A DNA stretch of 63,522 bases, counting the filler, from Octopus bimaculoides (Eukaryota), in NCBI RefSeq assembly GCF_001194135.2. It is 3 parts of 3 records of this genome, joined end to end, with 100 filler letters (N's around TTAATTAATTAA, not from the genome) between each part and the next. Parts side by side here need not be neighbours in the genome. Positions count along the whole stretch, not along the records: positions 1 to 28,766 come from NC_068985.1; positions 28,867 to 39,459 come from NC_068999.1; positions 39,560 to 63,522 come from NC_068987.1. One strand, given 5' to 3'. The position numbers and the translations under genes are program-made. Of the stretch, positions 27,936 through 42,425 are shown piece by piece (position 1 is the stretch's first letter; each line of letters starts with the position of its first letter). The notes below the pieces were generated by a model. It did no database searches, was not told the DNA's origin, and saw only the letters and a program-made list of their open reading frames with translations.

Positions 27936-28045
27936 NNNNNNNNNNNNNNNNNNNNNNNNNNNNNNGTGTATATATAACGGTGGTGCCTCTGCATGACCGC
28001 AGCTTTGAAGCCGAAACAATTTAAAGATTTAAAGATTTAATGTAC

Positions 28046-28112
<67 letters not shown>

Positions 28113-28703
28113 CAGAGAGAGCAAGAGCGAGCGAGAAAGAGTTCGCTGTGTTGTTGCATCCCAGCCACAAGGTTCCGGGTTCAGTCGCACTTCGTGGCAC
28201 TTTCAGCTGGCGTCTTCTACTACAGCTTTGGGCCGACCAGAGACTTGTGAGTGGATTTAGGGGACAGAAACTGAAAGAATCCCGTCGTATATGTATGTGT
28301 ATATGGTGGGTGTTTGGGTGTATGTGTGTGCATAGTGTGCATGAATGCGGACATGGCTGAGAGGTTAAGAAGATCGCTTCGTAAAATGAGTCCCCAATTT
28401 CTGTGTACTTTTATGGTATCTTCAGCAAGTTTTTTTTTTTTACTTCGGACTGCACTCGGCTCCATCTTTGACTAAAATTTCAATAGACGAAAACTGCAGT
28501 GGGCCATCGGATGCTTTGTATCTGTACTACAAAGGCATAACCTTGTCATATACTGCGATTCCCCTGAGATTTATGCACGCTGATTACCCTGAGAATTAAC
28601 TAAGGGTTACCGTGTCTCTGAAATAATAGGTCATTATATCTCAATTATTAAGTAATCCGGTTGATCAAATATCTTACACTTACCATTGAAAAGAGCAGCA
28701 AAA

Positions 28704-28766
<63 letters not shown>

Positions 28767-28866
28767 NNNNNNNNNNNNNNNNNNNNNNNNNNNNNNNNNN
28801 NNNNNNNNNNTTAATTAATTAANNNNNNNNNNNNNNNNNNNNNNNNNNNNNNNNNNNNNNNNNNNN
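28767..28866. other. Artificial 100-bp scaffold join (44 N + TTAATTAATTAA + 44 N)
   Basis: Identical layout recurs at 39460-39559. Confidence 0.9.
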
Positions 28867-28900
<34 letters not shown>

Positions 28901-29007
28901 GCCCTGATGCAGTACCAGACAGTGGCTCACATGGTTTCTGATCTTAACTGACTGGAAGTGTTATCATGCACATTGTTTTGTCTTGGTTTAAAAGATGGCC
29001 GACAGCA

Positions 29008-29069
<62 letters not shown>

Positions 29070-30360
29070 TGATGATGATGATGATGATAATAATAATATG
29101 GTAAGAATTTCAAGAAAATGTTGCTAATATCCTAAGGGTGCGATTTTACGTAAAAGAACTGTGATAACCATCCGAGAACAACATTTCTAAAATGGTGTTC
29201 TATATTTCACCATACATTAGCTATTGCACACCCGCAAATCTATGCAGCTATATGTATTAAAATATAATGGAGACTATTTCTCACGAAAATTAAATTATAA
29301 CCTAAATTGAGTCTATGCTTAGATTGGGGCACTTTATTAAATCTAACCACAAACAACGCAGCATAGCTCCTTTTTTTATACGCATGCGTATGTGCGGTAG
29401 TTTCGTGTAACGACGGCTCTTCCAGTAATTACAAAATAACTGCAGCAATATTTTCGTTCTTTATTATCTAATTTATTTATCGAAATAGCGACATTAAAAT
29501 GATGAAAATATCTTCAATAATAGCTAACAACCTGAATTAGTTCATGGCAATCAGATACATTCATTTGTAAGTTAGATATAGGAAAGGAAACTTAAACTAG
29601 AAGGAAATTGAAAATAGTAACATATATATATAAACATATATATATATATATATATATANNNNNNNNNNNNNNNNNNNNNNNNNNNNNNNNNNNNNNNNNN
29701 NNNNNNNNNNNNNNNNNNNNNNNNNNNNNNNNNNNNNNNNNNNNNNNNNNNNNNNNNNNNNNNNNNNNNNNNNNNNNNNNNNNNNNNNNNNNNNNNNNNN
29801 NNNNNNNNNNNNNNNNNNNNNNNNNNNNNNNNNNNNNNNNNNNNNNNNNNNNNNNNNNNNNNNNNNNNNNNNNNNNNNNNNNNNNNNNNNNNNNNNNNNN
29901 NNNNNNNNNNNNNNNNNNNNNNNNNNNNNNNNNNNNNNNNNNNNNNNNNNNNNNNNNNNNNNNNNNNNNNNNNNNNNNNNNNNNNNNNNNNNNNNNNNNN
30001 NNNNNNNNNNNNNNNNNNNNNNNNNNNNNNNNNNNNNNNNNNNNNNNNNNNNNNNNNNNNNNNNNNNNNNNNNNNNNNNNNNNNNNNNNNNNNNNNNNNN
30101 NNNNNNNNGTGTGTGTGTGTGTGTGTGTGTGCGTGTGTGTATGTATGTATGTATATGTATATTTCAAAAAGCAGTTAAGATGAAAATAACAAAATTTATC
30201 GTAAAGAGGTGTTGAAAAATCTTATTCCCTTTCAGAATGGTATTATTTATAATCTTTTGAAAGCAGTAACACAGTCTACTTCTATGAAAATCTATTGAAT
30301 AAATGTAGATTTTTAGATATACATACATAATATAGATTGGTGATTATTGTTCTGCTACTA

Positions 30361-30401
<41 letters not shown>

Positions 30402-31544
30402 ATATTTGAAATAAATACACTGGTATTAGTAATACTAACAATAACAACAGCAAAATTATTGAAAATAGTAATAATAATGATATTCATTTTTGAAACAACG
30501 ACAACAATTTTGAGTTAAGTGGCGAGTCAATTAAATCGACCCCAATACTCAGCTGGTATTTATTTCGACCTCGAAAGGATGAATGACAAATTCGACCACG
30601 GTGGAATTTGAATTCAGAACATAAAGCCGGGAGAAATGTCGTTTAGCATTTTCTCCGATGCTCTACCGACTGTGCCAGCTCCCCGCGTTAAATAATTTTT
30701 TCTGCTATAGGTACAACACCTGAAAATTGTTGGGGGTGAGGACTAACCAATTGATTTCATTGGTCTCAATGCTGAACTGATACTTGATTTATCGACACCC
30801 CGAAATAATGAAAGGCAAATTTGGCCCCGGTGGCATTTGGATTCTAAGCGTAAAACCCGAAGATATACCACGAAGCATAGCACAAACTCAGAAATAAATA
30901 CCACCAAATAGGGTGATATGCTGAAACAAAAGATGAGCGATATGCTGCTAAGCATATCGCTCAGCAGGCTGACGTTTCTGCTTCATGATATAAATAATAC
31001 AGATATAAAATGAAATTTCTGTTGACTAAATTATGCAAAATCAAATATATTTGTCGTTTATTAACAGAACAATTAAATACACTAATTTAAGGAGTGATGT
31101 AGCCAATACGATATGCAAAACAGTCTCAGCCATTGGAAACTTCCTTATTTTTTAGGGGGAAATTATACAAACCCTTGCAGCTATTCATAGAGAACCTCCT
31201 AAGAGAAAAAAAAACGGAAATAATTTTGAGAAATTAATAATCCTCTCTCAAAATTAATAGGAAGCTGTGTTGAAATTTGTCAGTGATTTGTTATGCTTCT
31301 CTGTTCTGAGAACAAATTGACTTTGTCATTCGACATTCCGAAGTCTATAAAATATTTACCAGTGATATAGTGGGGTCGATATACTTGACAGCACTTTGCC
31401 TGCCCTTACACTCGTTAGAAATCAAAACTATCAATGTTGGGGACATGCTAAAATCAGTAGAGAACCGAAAGAAAGAACTTGTGGTGTCTGTGTATGCATC
31501 TTTCCTGAATGTATTTATGCATAGATCTCTCTTGCACGTACTTG

Positions 31545-31628
<84 letters not shown>

Positions 31629-32396
31629 TGTCAGTCTGTACCTTTCTTGCGTGGCCTAGTGCTTAGAGTGTTAAACTCACGATCGTAACATCGCGATTTC
31701 GATTCCTAAACAGGATGGTGCGTTGTGTTCTGAAACCAAACACTTCACTTCAAGTTGTTTTAGTTCACTCAGCTGCGAAATGAGTTCCGGCAATAGATGG
31801 GGGAGGAGTTAACCCCGGTGACAGACTAGCATCCTGTCCAGGAGGTTGGGGCGTATTCTGCTCATGGTCACTTCTACACCGTGGAAACCGAGTTCTCTAG
31901 CCTTATGAGCAGTAGAGCCACTGACAGACATAAACAAATTAATCCTTCATTTCCTGGGTTCGAATATTACCGTGATCGACTTTGACTTTCATTTATCAGG
32001 GGTCAATCGAGGAAACGAACGCCAGTCATCTGCCGAGTTGGCTTCACGGATTTTCCCACCCTCCAACCAACACCACTCAAAAAATGACTATTAAAGACCA
32101 CATTCAGTATTCTATGGTGATAATTATACGAACGTGTTAAGTAGTAGCGCCTGCGTTTATCGACATCATCGCGCCTTCAATATCGATGGCACTTCACTTA
32201 TGTTAGAAAACAATATTATTGCGTCAGTTTATTAAATAGTGTAGTAGTAGTTAATGTAGAGCTAGGGGTGGCGTGGTGGAGAATGGCTTTAGTCGGAGGA
32301 GTTAATGTAGCGTGAATAACGAGGGAACATGAGATTTTCATTCACGTAAGCTACTCCCTTCCATTAGACCATTACGTGTACATCCGTAGTTTATTT

Positions 32397-32433
<37 letters not shown>

Positions 32434-34311
32434 AGCACACACTCAATACACTTATGCACACACAATATACATACACGTATATATATGTGTGTGTGTGTGT
32501 GTGTATGTATGTATATTATTATATGTGTGGATACATATATCTATGAGTATATATAATATATATATACATAGGTATGAGTATATATATGTATATGTATTTC
32601 TATATATATACAGGGGTGGCTGCGTGGTAAGAAGTTTGCTTCCGAACCACATGGTTCCGGGTTCAGTCCCGTTATGTGACGACTTCAGCTAGTGTCTTCT
32701 GCTTTAGCCTCGGACTGACCAAAGCCCTGTGAGTGGATTTGGCAGATGGAAACTGAAAGAAGCCCATCGTGTATACATATATATATATGGTTGTGGGGTA
32801 TGTATGTGTGAGTATATCTTTGTGTGTGTGTTTGTTCCCCAAGTGGTACAAACACATACACATGGTTCGGGTTCAGTCCCATTATGTGACGACTTCAGCT
32901 AGTGTCTTCTGCTTTAGCCCCGGACCGACCAAAGCCCTGTGAGAGGATTTGATAAACGGAAACTGAAAGAAGTCCATCGTATATGCATATATACATATGT
33001 GTATGTATGTACGTATATATGCTTGTGTGTCTGCGTTTGTCTACCAGCCAACATCGCTNNNNNNNNNNNNNNNNNNNNNNNNNNNNNNNNNNNNNNNNNN
33101 NNNNNNNNNNNNNNNNNNNNNNNNNNNNNNNNNNNNNNNNNNNNNNNNNNNNNNNNNNNNNNNNNNNNNNNNNNNNNNNNNNNNNNNNNNNNNNNNNNNN
33201 NNNNNNNNNNNNNNNNNNNNNNNNNNNNNNNNNNNNNNNNNNNNNNNNNNNNNNNNNNNNNNNNNNNNNNNNNNNNNNNNNNNNNNNNNNNNNNNNNNNN
33301 NNNNNNNNNNNNNNNNNNNNNNNNNNNNNNNNNNNNNNNNNNNNNNNNNNNNNNNNNNNNNNNNNNNNNNNNNNNNNNNNNNNNNNNNNNNNNNNNNNNN
33401 NNNNNNNNNNNNNNNNNNNNNNNNNNNNNNNNNNNNNNNNNNNNNNNNNNNNNNNNNNNNNNNNNNNNNNNNNNNNNNNNNNNNNNNNNNNNNNNNNNNN
33501 NNNNNNNNNNNNNNNNNNNNNNNNNNNNNNNNNNNNNNNNNNNNNNNNNNNNNNNNNNNNNNNNNNNNNNNNNNNNNNNNNNNNNNNNNNNNNNNNNNNN
33601 NNNNNNNNNNNNNNNNNNNNNNNNNNNNNNNNNNNNNNNNNNNNNNNNNNNNNNNNNNNNNNNNNNNNNNNNNNNNNNNNNNNNNNNNNNNNNNNNNNNN
33701 NNNNNNNNNNNNNNNNNNNNNNNNNNNNNNNNNNNNNNNNNNNNNNNNNNNNNNNNNNNNNNATATATATATATATATAAACGCTCACGCGTGCACGTAT
33801 GGTGTGTATATTGCATGCATCCTGATAGGGACATGGGCAATTAATCACAAAACATGTGATTGTCTCATTTTGAAAAATTCATTCATACATAATGATTTAA
33901 CTGTAATGAAAAATATGAATTATATTTGCCTATATTGTATGTTTTGATTGCATCCAATTTACGTTTATAAATACATGCAAGTGTTCTGACTGAGCTTATG
34001 TCTATCTATTCGTCTTCATCAGAACAAATACGCTTCTGTATAGGGAGATAGTGCAATTGTTATTAGTAATTGAAAGTTGGTCGGTTGTAGTTCTCTAGTT
34101 GTTATCTCTCGAAGACTCTGAAGAAGATAACAGAATAATAACTTTTGCAGGAGAGCAAAGGTCATTGAAAACTGACATACGTTCTAATATATCATTTTAT
34201 CTAAAATTTCAGCTATGAGCCGGCTTGTCATATAAATAGGATATTTGGAAGAAATCAAATGGCGGGCGTGGTTAGATGAGATTGAATCGTGTGGGAGAGG
34301 AAGACGGAGAG

Positions 34312-34348
<37 letters not shown>

Positions 34349-34440
34349 AAGAGACTGTATGTATGTATGTATGTATGTATGTATGTATGCATGTGTATGA
34401 GTGTTTGTGTGTGCTCGTGGCGCAAAAGATGGAGAATGGG

Positions 34441-34482
<42 letters not shown>

Positions 34483-34724
34483 AAGAGGGAAGAGGGAAGA
34501 AGGAAGAGGGAAGAAGGAAGATGGAATGGCGATTGGGTTGGTTAGGTCTGGCCACTCACTCAAATTCCTTTATCAGTGTCCTCGTGTAATTATTTTTAGC
34601 TAAAGACAAATAGACATTTTCGTGACAAGCAATGAAGTGATCGAATGATAGTAGCGACATCGAATTAGATATGGTCAGCTATCGACTCGACTCTGGCAGG
34701 GAAGCAAGAAAGAACACCAGAGAC

Positions 34725-34792
<68 letters not shown>

Positions 34793-35189
34793 TTGCTGAC
34801 AGATAGTGAAGTGTCAGCCGCTGTCAATCTGCAATCTAAAACCAGACTACTCTTAAAAGTGACCAAAAGAGGAAAGAAGTAAATGGCAAAAATAAAAATA
34901 AAAACATTGTAACATTTTACATTGATGTTTTGTTATATAAGTTACGAAGACGCCTGGCCAAGTGGTTAAAGGTGTTGTGCTCGCGATAGCAAGATTGTGA
35001 TTTCGATTCCCGGACCAGACCGGGCGGTGCCTTGTGTTATTGATCAAAAACGCTTCAGTCCATTCAGCTGCAAATGAGTAACATTACCACGGACTGGCGT
35101 CTCGTTCAAGGAGTAAATGATTTGATCCTGGTCATTTATAAGCAATGGAAATTGGGCACTCGGCCTTGTGAGTCTCAGGACTGAAGACA

Positions 35190-35335
35190 GCAATGCCCTG
35201 ATACCAGTTCTTCTCCTTGGAGGCGGAGAATTCCTTCATTGAAGTTCCCGCTTCCTCTTTGTTGATAAAGCGTTGCGAGTGCAGGAATTGAACCATGGAT
35301 TAGAACATGTAATAATCCGGGCAGGATATCTTTCA
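35190..35335 (-). mobile_element. Second mariner C-terminal fragment in opposite orientation
   Basis: Minus strand reads DYYMF*SMVQFL...EFSASKEKNWYQ, homologous to about 35640-35760. Confidence 0.7.
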
Positions 35336-35339
35336 GGCA

Positions 35340-35905
35340 TTCCTAAAGCGTATAAGCAGTGATTAAGCAAAGGCCAGCTTTCAGGACCTGTCGCCAAACA
35401 CAAGATGATACTCTGCTTTTAGTAGGTTTATGCAGCATCGATGCCAACCTGTACTCCGAAATGCTGGAGTGATATCGTGTGGCAAAAATACCCGACATTG
35501 GTTAACAGAAAGCCAACTCTTCTCTAGCAAGACAACACGAGACTTCATGCCTCTCGATCGACCAGGGAAAAACTCCAGGAACCTGCGGGAATCGAACTGA
35601 TACCACACCAAGCACATAGTCCGGACCTAGCCTCCTCGGGTTATTACTTGTTCGCATTCATAGCTCCCTTCCTGCATTTGTGATGCGTCATCAATCAAGA
35701 CGAAATGGAAGCTTCAGCGAAGGAGTTCTTCACCTCGAAGAACAAGAACTGGTGTCAGCGTGGAATAAAAGAACTGGAAGAAAGATGGCTTCAGATGGTG
35801 CAACATGATGGCCACTACTGTGAATGCTAGCCGGCTTTTGTTGTAAAATTGACGAACAAAACAAATTACTGATAAAAATATTGCAAAACTTTCGACTCAA
35901 CACAA
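35340..35905 (+). mobile_element. Mariner 3' fragment (DD34D-type)
   Basis: QDNTRLH...HSPDLASSGYYLF...GIKELEERW motif order, ending in TIR-like AAAACTTTCGACTCAACACAA-TA. Confidence 0.85.
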
Positions 35906-36499
35906 TATTTTTAAAGTTATTTTTCCTATGTAAAATATTGTTTTCTAAAAAAAAACATAAATTCTTCTCGGTTTTCGCCATGAAATATTGCTTTATTATT
36001 TAAATTATAACAAGGTTTTACCACATAAAATATAGCTTTGATAATATAAAGTATAAAAGACTTTCGCTGTGTCAGGCACAATTTTAATATATATGTTATT
36101 TATTACAGAGGTTGTTTTACGTTTCATTACGTGTGATATCGTTTTCTAATATAAAATTAATAAATTATTGCATTATAATTTTTTTAATAATATTTGATCT
36201 CAGGACGTCCGCTGCTCTGCTGATTTTGCTGTTTATGATAGATTACAGGAGAATGCGCGTGGCCTAAAGGTTTGTGAGTACTCGAATCATGATCATGTTG
36301 TTCTTGAGCAAGGCATTTCACTTAAAGTATTTTGGAGCAATGATATCGACTACTGCCGATAAAATACGTACCAGTCTATATAAATACTGGAGTCAATTCA
36401 TAAGACTAAAAATCTTTCGAGGTGCTGCACCAGCATGGCCGCAGTCTAATGACTGAGACAATTAGTAGATAACAGGTAAATCGTATATGTGTGTGTGCT

Positions 36500-36559
<60 letters not shown>

Positions 36560-37258
36560 ACTGTGTGGGTGGGTGTGTGTGTGTGTGTGTTTGTGCATGT
36601 GTGNNNNNNNNNNNNNNNNNNNNNNNNNNNNNNNNNNNNNNNNNNNNNNNNNNNNNNNNNNNNNNNNNNNNNNNNNNNNNNNNNNNNNNNNNNNNNNNNN
36701 NNNNNNNNNNNNNNNNNNNNNNNNNNNNNNNNNNNNNNNNNNNNNNNNNNNNNNNNNNNNNNNNNNNNNNNNNNNNNNNNNNNNNNNNNNNNNNNNNNNN
36801 NNNNNNNNNNNNNNNNNNNNNNNNNNNNNNNNNNNNNNNNNNNNNNNNNNNNNNNNNNNNNNNNNNNNNNNNNNNNNNNNNNNNNNNNNNNNNNNNNNNN
36901 NNNNNNNNNNNNNNNNNNNNNNNNNNNNNNNNNNNNNNNNNNNNNNNNNNNNNNNNNNNNNNNNNNNNNNNNNNNNNNNNNNNNNNNNNNNNNNNNNNNN
37001 NNNNNNNNNNNNNNNNNNNNNNNNNNNNNNNNNNNNNNNNNNNNNNNNNNNNNNNNNNNNNNNNNNNNNNNNNNNNNNNNNNNNNNNNNNNNNNNNNNNN
37101 NNNNNNNNNNNNNNNNNNNNNNNNNNNNNNNNNNNNNNNNNNNNNNNNNNNNNNNNNNNNNNNNNNNNNNNNNNNNNNNNNNNNNNNNNNNNNNNNNNNN
37201 NNNNNNNNNNNNNNNNNNNNNNNNNNNNNNNNNNNNNNNNNNNNNNNNNNNNNNNNNN

Positions 37259-37295
<37 letters not shown>

Positions 37296-37313
37296 ACATA
37301 CATACATACATAC

Positions 37314-37344
<31 letters not shown>

Positions 37345-37412
37345 CGTGTGTGTGTATGTGTGTGTGTGTGCGTGTGTATGTATATACATATATATACATA
37401 TACATACATACG

Positions 37413-37453
<41 letters not shown>

Positions 37454-37773
37454 ATGTACATATATATGTGCATGTGTTTGTGTGCATGTATGCATATAAA
37501 GATATATATAGACACACACGTATGTGTGTAAAGCTTTTAACTTTTACTCGTTCCATGTACGGGACTGCGGCCATGCTGGGGCAATCCCTCAAAGTGTTTC
37601 AACCTAACAAAACGGCCCTAGTACTTATCATTTTTTTAAATGTCCGGTATTTATTTTATTAGTCATTTTTGCTAAACCGCTAGGTTTGAGTACATGAGCA
37701 AGCCAACACCGGTTCTCAAGCATTTCACGACTAGACACAAACACAAAGGCATACATACATTTACACACGTACT

Positions 37774-37804
<31 letters not shown>

Positions 37805-38059
37805 ATATATATATATTAGACAGAATTCCATAAAATCCACTCACAAATCTTTGTTTATGCCCAAGATGCAACGCGATGCGACTGAATCCTGGATCTTGTT
37901 GGGAAGTAAACGTCTTAACATACAGCTTTGTACTTACGTCGACAACGAAAGATTGAAAGTAGAACGCGATTTCGGAACACGAACTCAGAATATAAAGACG
38001 GACAAAATGTTGCCGAGCATTTTGTCCGGCGTGTATACAATTCTGCCACCTGGCCGCCT

Positions 38060-38946
38060 TATATGTATGTATGTATTTATGTACGTACGTACGTAAGTAT
38101 GTATATATGTATGTATGTATGTATGTATTTTATGTATGTCTATATATCTATGTGATTGTATTTATGCATGTTTGTATGTATGTATGCATATATGTCTGTA
38201 TGTATGCATGTTTGATTGTATTTATGCCTGTATATATGTATGTATTGTATGTATGTATATATGTATATTTATATGATCGTATGCATCTGTATATGTAAGT
38301 ATATATATATATATATATATATTTATATGATTTCATGCATGTTTGTATATATGTATGCTTGTATGAATGTATGTACATATGTATGTATGTATGTATGTAT
38401 GCATGTACTTTTGTATGTATGTATTATGTATATATGTACGTATGTGTATATATATTTATATACGTATGCTTATACATATGTCTATTTGTATGATTGTTTC
38501 TATGCATGTATATGTATATATATGTGTGTGTATGTATGTATGTATGTATGTATGTATGTATGTATGTATGTGTATGAATGCATGTGTGTGTGTGTATGTA
38601 TCTATGCATATATGCATGCATGTATGTCCGTATATCACAAATAATGACATAGAAACGGCCTGATCGATACTAATTGTGAAACAAAATATCGATGAAACAC
38701 GACATAACGATGTTGAAAATACCAAAATATACAACATTGAATCTATGCCAAGCATATAAAAACACAAAATGGCCGACCTGAACGAATGATAGCAATAAGC
38801 TGATCCACCATACCCAAATACATATATATAGATACATACTCACATATATACATACATATATATATGTATGCATTTATGTATGTATGTATGTATGTATGTA
38901 TGTATGTATGTATGTATGTATGTATGTATGTATGTATGTATGTATG
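38060..38946. repeat. Degenerate (TATG)n low-complexity tract
   Basis: Direct reading. Dozens of other (TA)n, (CA)n, (GA)n, (TAA)n, (GATA)n and (GAAA)n tracts occur across the window. Confidence 0.9.
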
Positions 38947-39245
38947 AAGACATACAAATAACCATAATCAGGAGCTAAATAGAAGCATCGAGTTGTCTAT
39001 ACAAGAGTAGACATTATACTTATGATCAATCATAAGTGACTATTAGACCGATGTTTCCAGTCTGTGCAATCAACAGACCCATCGACAAACCATGAAAAGA
39101 AAATTGTAAACAATGATTTTATTGTGTATGCGCCCACACGTGCACACACACACACACACACACGTGCCTACACATTTTCACACACATGCACATGCATACA
39201 CACATACCTATACTTCTATACACACGTGTACATATATATACATAT

Positions 39246-39276
<31 letters not shown>

Positions 39277-39459
39277 CACAGATGTATATATAGTGGCTCA
39301 CTTCAACAAGTAGAATCAACATACACACATACAGACACAGAGACACACACACACACACGCCCACACGTATGCATATATATATAAATATACATGTATATAT
39401 GTATGCCTGTATTTATGTACAGCATTTTATGTACTTATAACTGTATTAATATATATATA

Positions 39460-39559
39460 NNNNNNNNNNNNNNNNNNNNNNNNNNNNNNNNNNNNNNNNN
39501 NNNTTAATTAATTAANNNNNNNNNNNNNNNNNNNNNNNNNNNNNNNNNNNNNNNNNNNN
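39460..39559. other. Artificial 100-bp scaffold join (44 N + TTAATTAATTAA + 44 N)
   Basis: Identical layout to 28767-28866. Confidence 0.9.
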
Positions 39560-39770
39560 TTCTCATCAGTCTCATTATTCTCATCAGTCTCATTATTCTC
39601 ATCAGTCTCTCTTGTCTCATCAGTCTCATTATTCTCATCAGTCTCGTTATTCTCATCAGTCTCTCTTGTCTCATCAGTCTCGTTATTCTCATCAGTCTCA
39701 TTATTCTCATCAGTCTCATTATTCTCATCAGTCTCATTATTCTCATCAGTCTCATTATTCTCATCAGTCT
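39560..39770. repeat. 18-bp minisatellite (TCTCATCAGTCTCATTAT), ~11.7 visible units, truncated by a gap
   Basis: Direct reading; variant units end in CTCTTG and CGTTAT. Confidence 0.95.
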
Positions 39771-39937
39771 GTCAAGGCCATAATCACAATTCTTTCAATC
39801 CACATTAAAAAAAAAAACAGCCACAAAAACTATCTCTGGATTTTATCTTTAAACTATTTCTGATTTTGTTTTTTGTCTCTCACTCCTATTATCTATCAAC
39901 CCATTTATATCTCTGTCTTATTGCCTGTCTGTCTGTT

Positions 39938-39989
<52 letters not shown>

Positions 39990-40499
39990 GTGTGTGTATG
40001 TGTCGTGGGTGTTTTTCAAAGTAAAAACAATACAAACAGCAAACTCTTGTTTGCCTTAGCTTCCTCCCTCCCCCACCCGCCNNNNNNNNNNNNNNNNNNN
40101 NNNNNNNNNNNNNNNNNNNNNNNNNNNNNNNNNNNNNNNNNNNNNNNNNNNNNNNNNNNNNNNNNNNNNNNNNNNNNNNNNNNNNNNNNNNNNNNNNNNN
40201 NNNNNNNNNNNNNNNNNNNNNNNNNNNNNNNNNNNNNNNNNNNNNNNNNNNNNNNNNNNNNNNNNNNNNNNNNNNNNNNNNNNNNNNNNNNNNNNNNNNN
40301 NNNNNNNNNNNNNNNNNNNNNNNNNNNNNNNNNNNNNNNNNNNNNNNNNNNNNNNNNNNNNNNNNNNNNNNNNNNNNNNNNNNNNNNNNNNNNNNNNNNN
40401 NNNNNNNNNNNNNNNNNNNNNNNNNNNNNNNNNNNNNNNNNNNNNNNNNNNNNNNNNNNNNNNNNNNNNNNNNNNNNNNNNNNNNNNNNNNNNNNNNNN

Positions 40500-40531
<32 letters not shown>

Positions 40532-40951
40532 GTATATTCTGTGTGAAGGACGTAGCAGAGTAGAGTATAAAGTTTGTCCACCTTCAGATTTCACCCTGTG
40601 CTATCCAGTAGCAGTATTATACATACTTCCAGATTTTCATTTGGGCATCTGTCGTATGTGAATAGATTATTGAAAAAGTTTTGGAGTCAACAAGAAGGTG
40701 TACAGTTAGACATTCATTTTTTAATCACTACAGTTCTTCCTACACAATGTAGCTCTCCAGGCATGCAGGTACTTGATTATGCAACTGTTTCTCTGCACTA
40801 TGAGATCTAGCTGTGTTTCCTCAGGTGATATGTAAATATTGTGTCTGTAAGTTCAAATTCTCAGCATCAAGAGCATCCTCTCTGTCTGTCATGGCTTGAA
40901 GTGAGTAGTAACCTCAGTTTATCAAGGTGTGTTGTTGCTGAAGGACCATTG

Positions 40952-41460
40952 GGACCGAGGGGTAAAACTCTACAATATCAAATCGTGTAAATTTGAATTG
41001 GGGTTTATCTTCTGTTTTCTGAAACCATTCAATAGTTGTACTACTACATATCCATTGAGTAAGATTTGAATCTGCTCTGGTATGTCGTATGCTATCAATC
41101 TATTTTGGATTTACTAATAATTCCTATTTCGCTTTTTGTGAGATTTATTAATCTAGGATTTTGCATGAAGTTATTTTCATGGTTTTTTTAAGGGTTATAA
41201 CAGGATTTCATGGGATAAGCTTTTCTACTTTTTTCGCTTCTACATTAATTGAATGATAAATGGTGGGGTTTGTGTTCTTGTATGTTTTAATTATGTTGTC
41301 AATCTCCAAAAACTTGCTTCAGAAGGCACTTGAATTTAGTAAGGCTTTTGTCACTTTAACAAATACTGATATAAATATAATTATGAATGCAAGGAAGCCA
41401 TTACTCTTTCATGATAATTCCTATTGGGTAAAAAAGAATGAAGATGAGTTATTTGACGTG
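40952..41460. mobile_element. Penelope-like RT fragment with internal inversion
   Basis: Minus 41240-40952: ITLK..NF..NPRLIN.TKSEIGIISK...FDIVEFYPSV. Plus from 41299: SISKNLLQKALEF...LLFH...WVKKNEDELFDV. Confidence 0.8.
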
Positions 41461-42051
41461 GTAATGATGATATTGGATTTGTTCTTGTCTAGAGGGTGAC
41501 TTGATCTGAGACAGTGTTCTGTTGAAAGAAGTTGGATGTTATGGAAGAGCCATGTCAACCATTTTATCACAAAGCATGAAGCTGTTAAATTCACTTTCAT
41601 GTGATAAAACTGCACTGAATCTGCACCAGGGACTAGGTCGCAGTGGTGCAACAAAAATGTTGACGCCTCATGAAATAAACTTAAAGTGAATTTTAATAGT
41701 TTTAATATTTAATTATTTGGTCTGAATGGCTCTTCTGTGTTGTTATATACACACACATCTGTGTGTGTGTATGTGTTGACTAGATATAATACCACATGTG
41801 TATGTGAGTATACATGTCTATCTACGTTTGTATGCGTGCATATATATATATATATATATGTGTAGCATACTCACGCACATACATGTGCGTGTGTGTGTAT
41901 AAATACTTCTTTTGCTTTCTATAAATTTCTCTCCTCCGACATAAGGTGATATTCTAGAACTTCCCATGTCATACGAATGTGACCCCATTCCAAGAATGCA
42001 TACTTCCGCACAGGCACATAGATATCTTATCACATTTACTCTGAAGTGCAT

Positions 42052-42089
<38 letters not shown>

Positions 42090-42363
42090 NNNNNNNNNNN
42101 NNNNNNNNNNNNNNNNNNNNNNNNNNNNNNNNNNNNNNNNNNNNNNNNNNNNNNNNNNNNNNNNNNNNNNNNNNNNNNNNNNNNNNNNNNNNNNNNNNNN
42201 NNNNNNNNNNNNNNNNNNNNNNNNNNNNNNNNNNNNNNNNNNNNNNNNNNNNNNNNNNNNNNCACACACACACACACACACACAACTTTGTTTTTAGGTG
42301 TGTTTGTTTTTCCCCTCTGCAAAAGAAAGTATTTTCATACACATCTCTTGAGACATCATGCAG

Positions 42364-42425
<62 letters not shown>

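Noticed and set aside
28811-28822. TTAATTAATTAA island inside Ns
   Set aside because: Synthetic linker, not biological.
29100-29360. Possible R4/Dong LINE tail after (TAA)n
   Set aside because: Similarity too decayed to support.
39560-39770. CRISPR-like appearance of tandem arrays
   Set aside because: No unique spacers; eukaryotic context.
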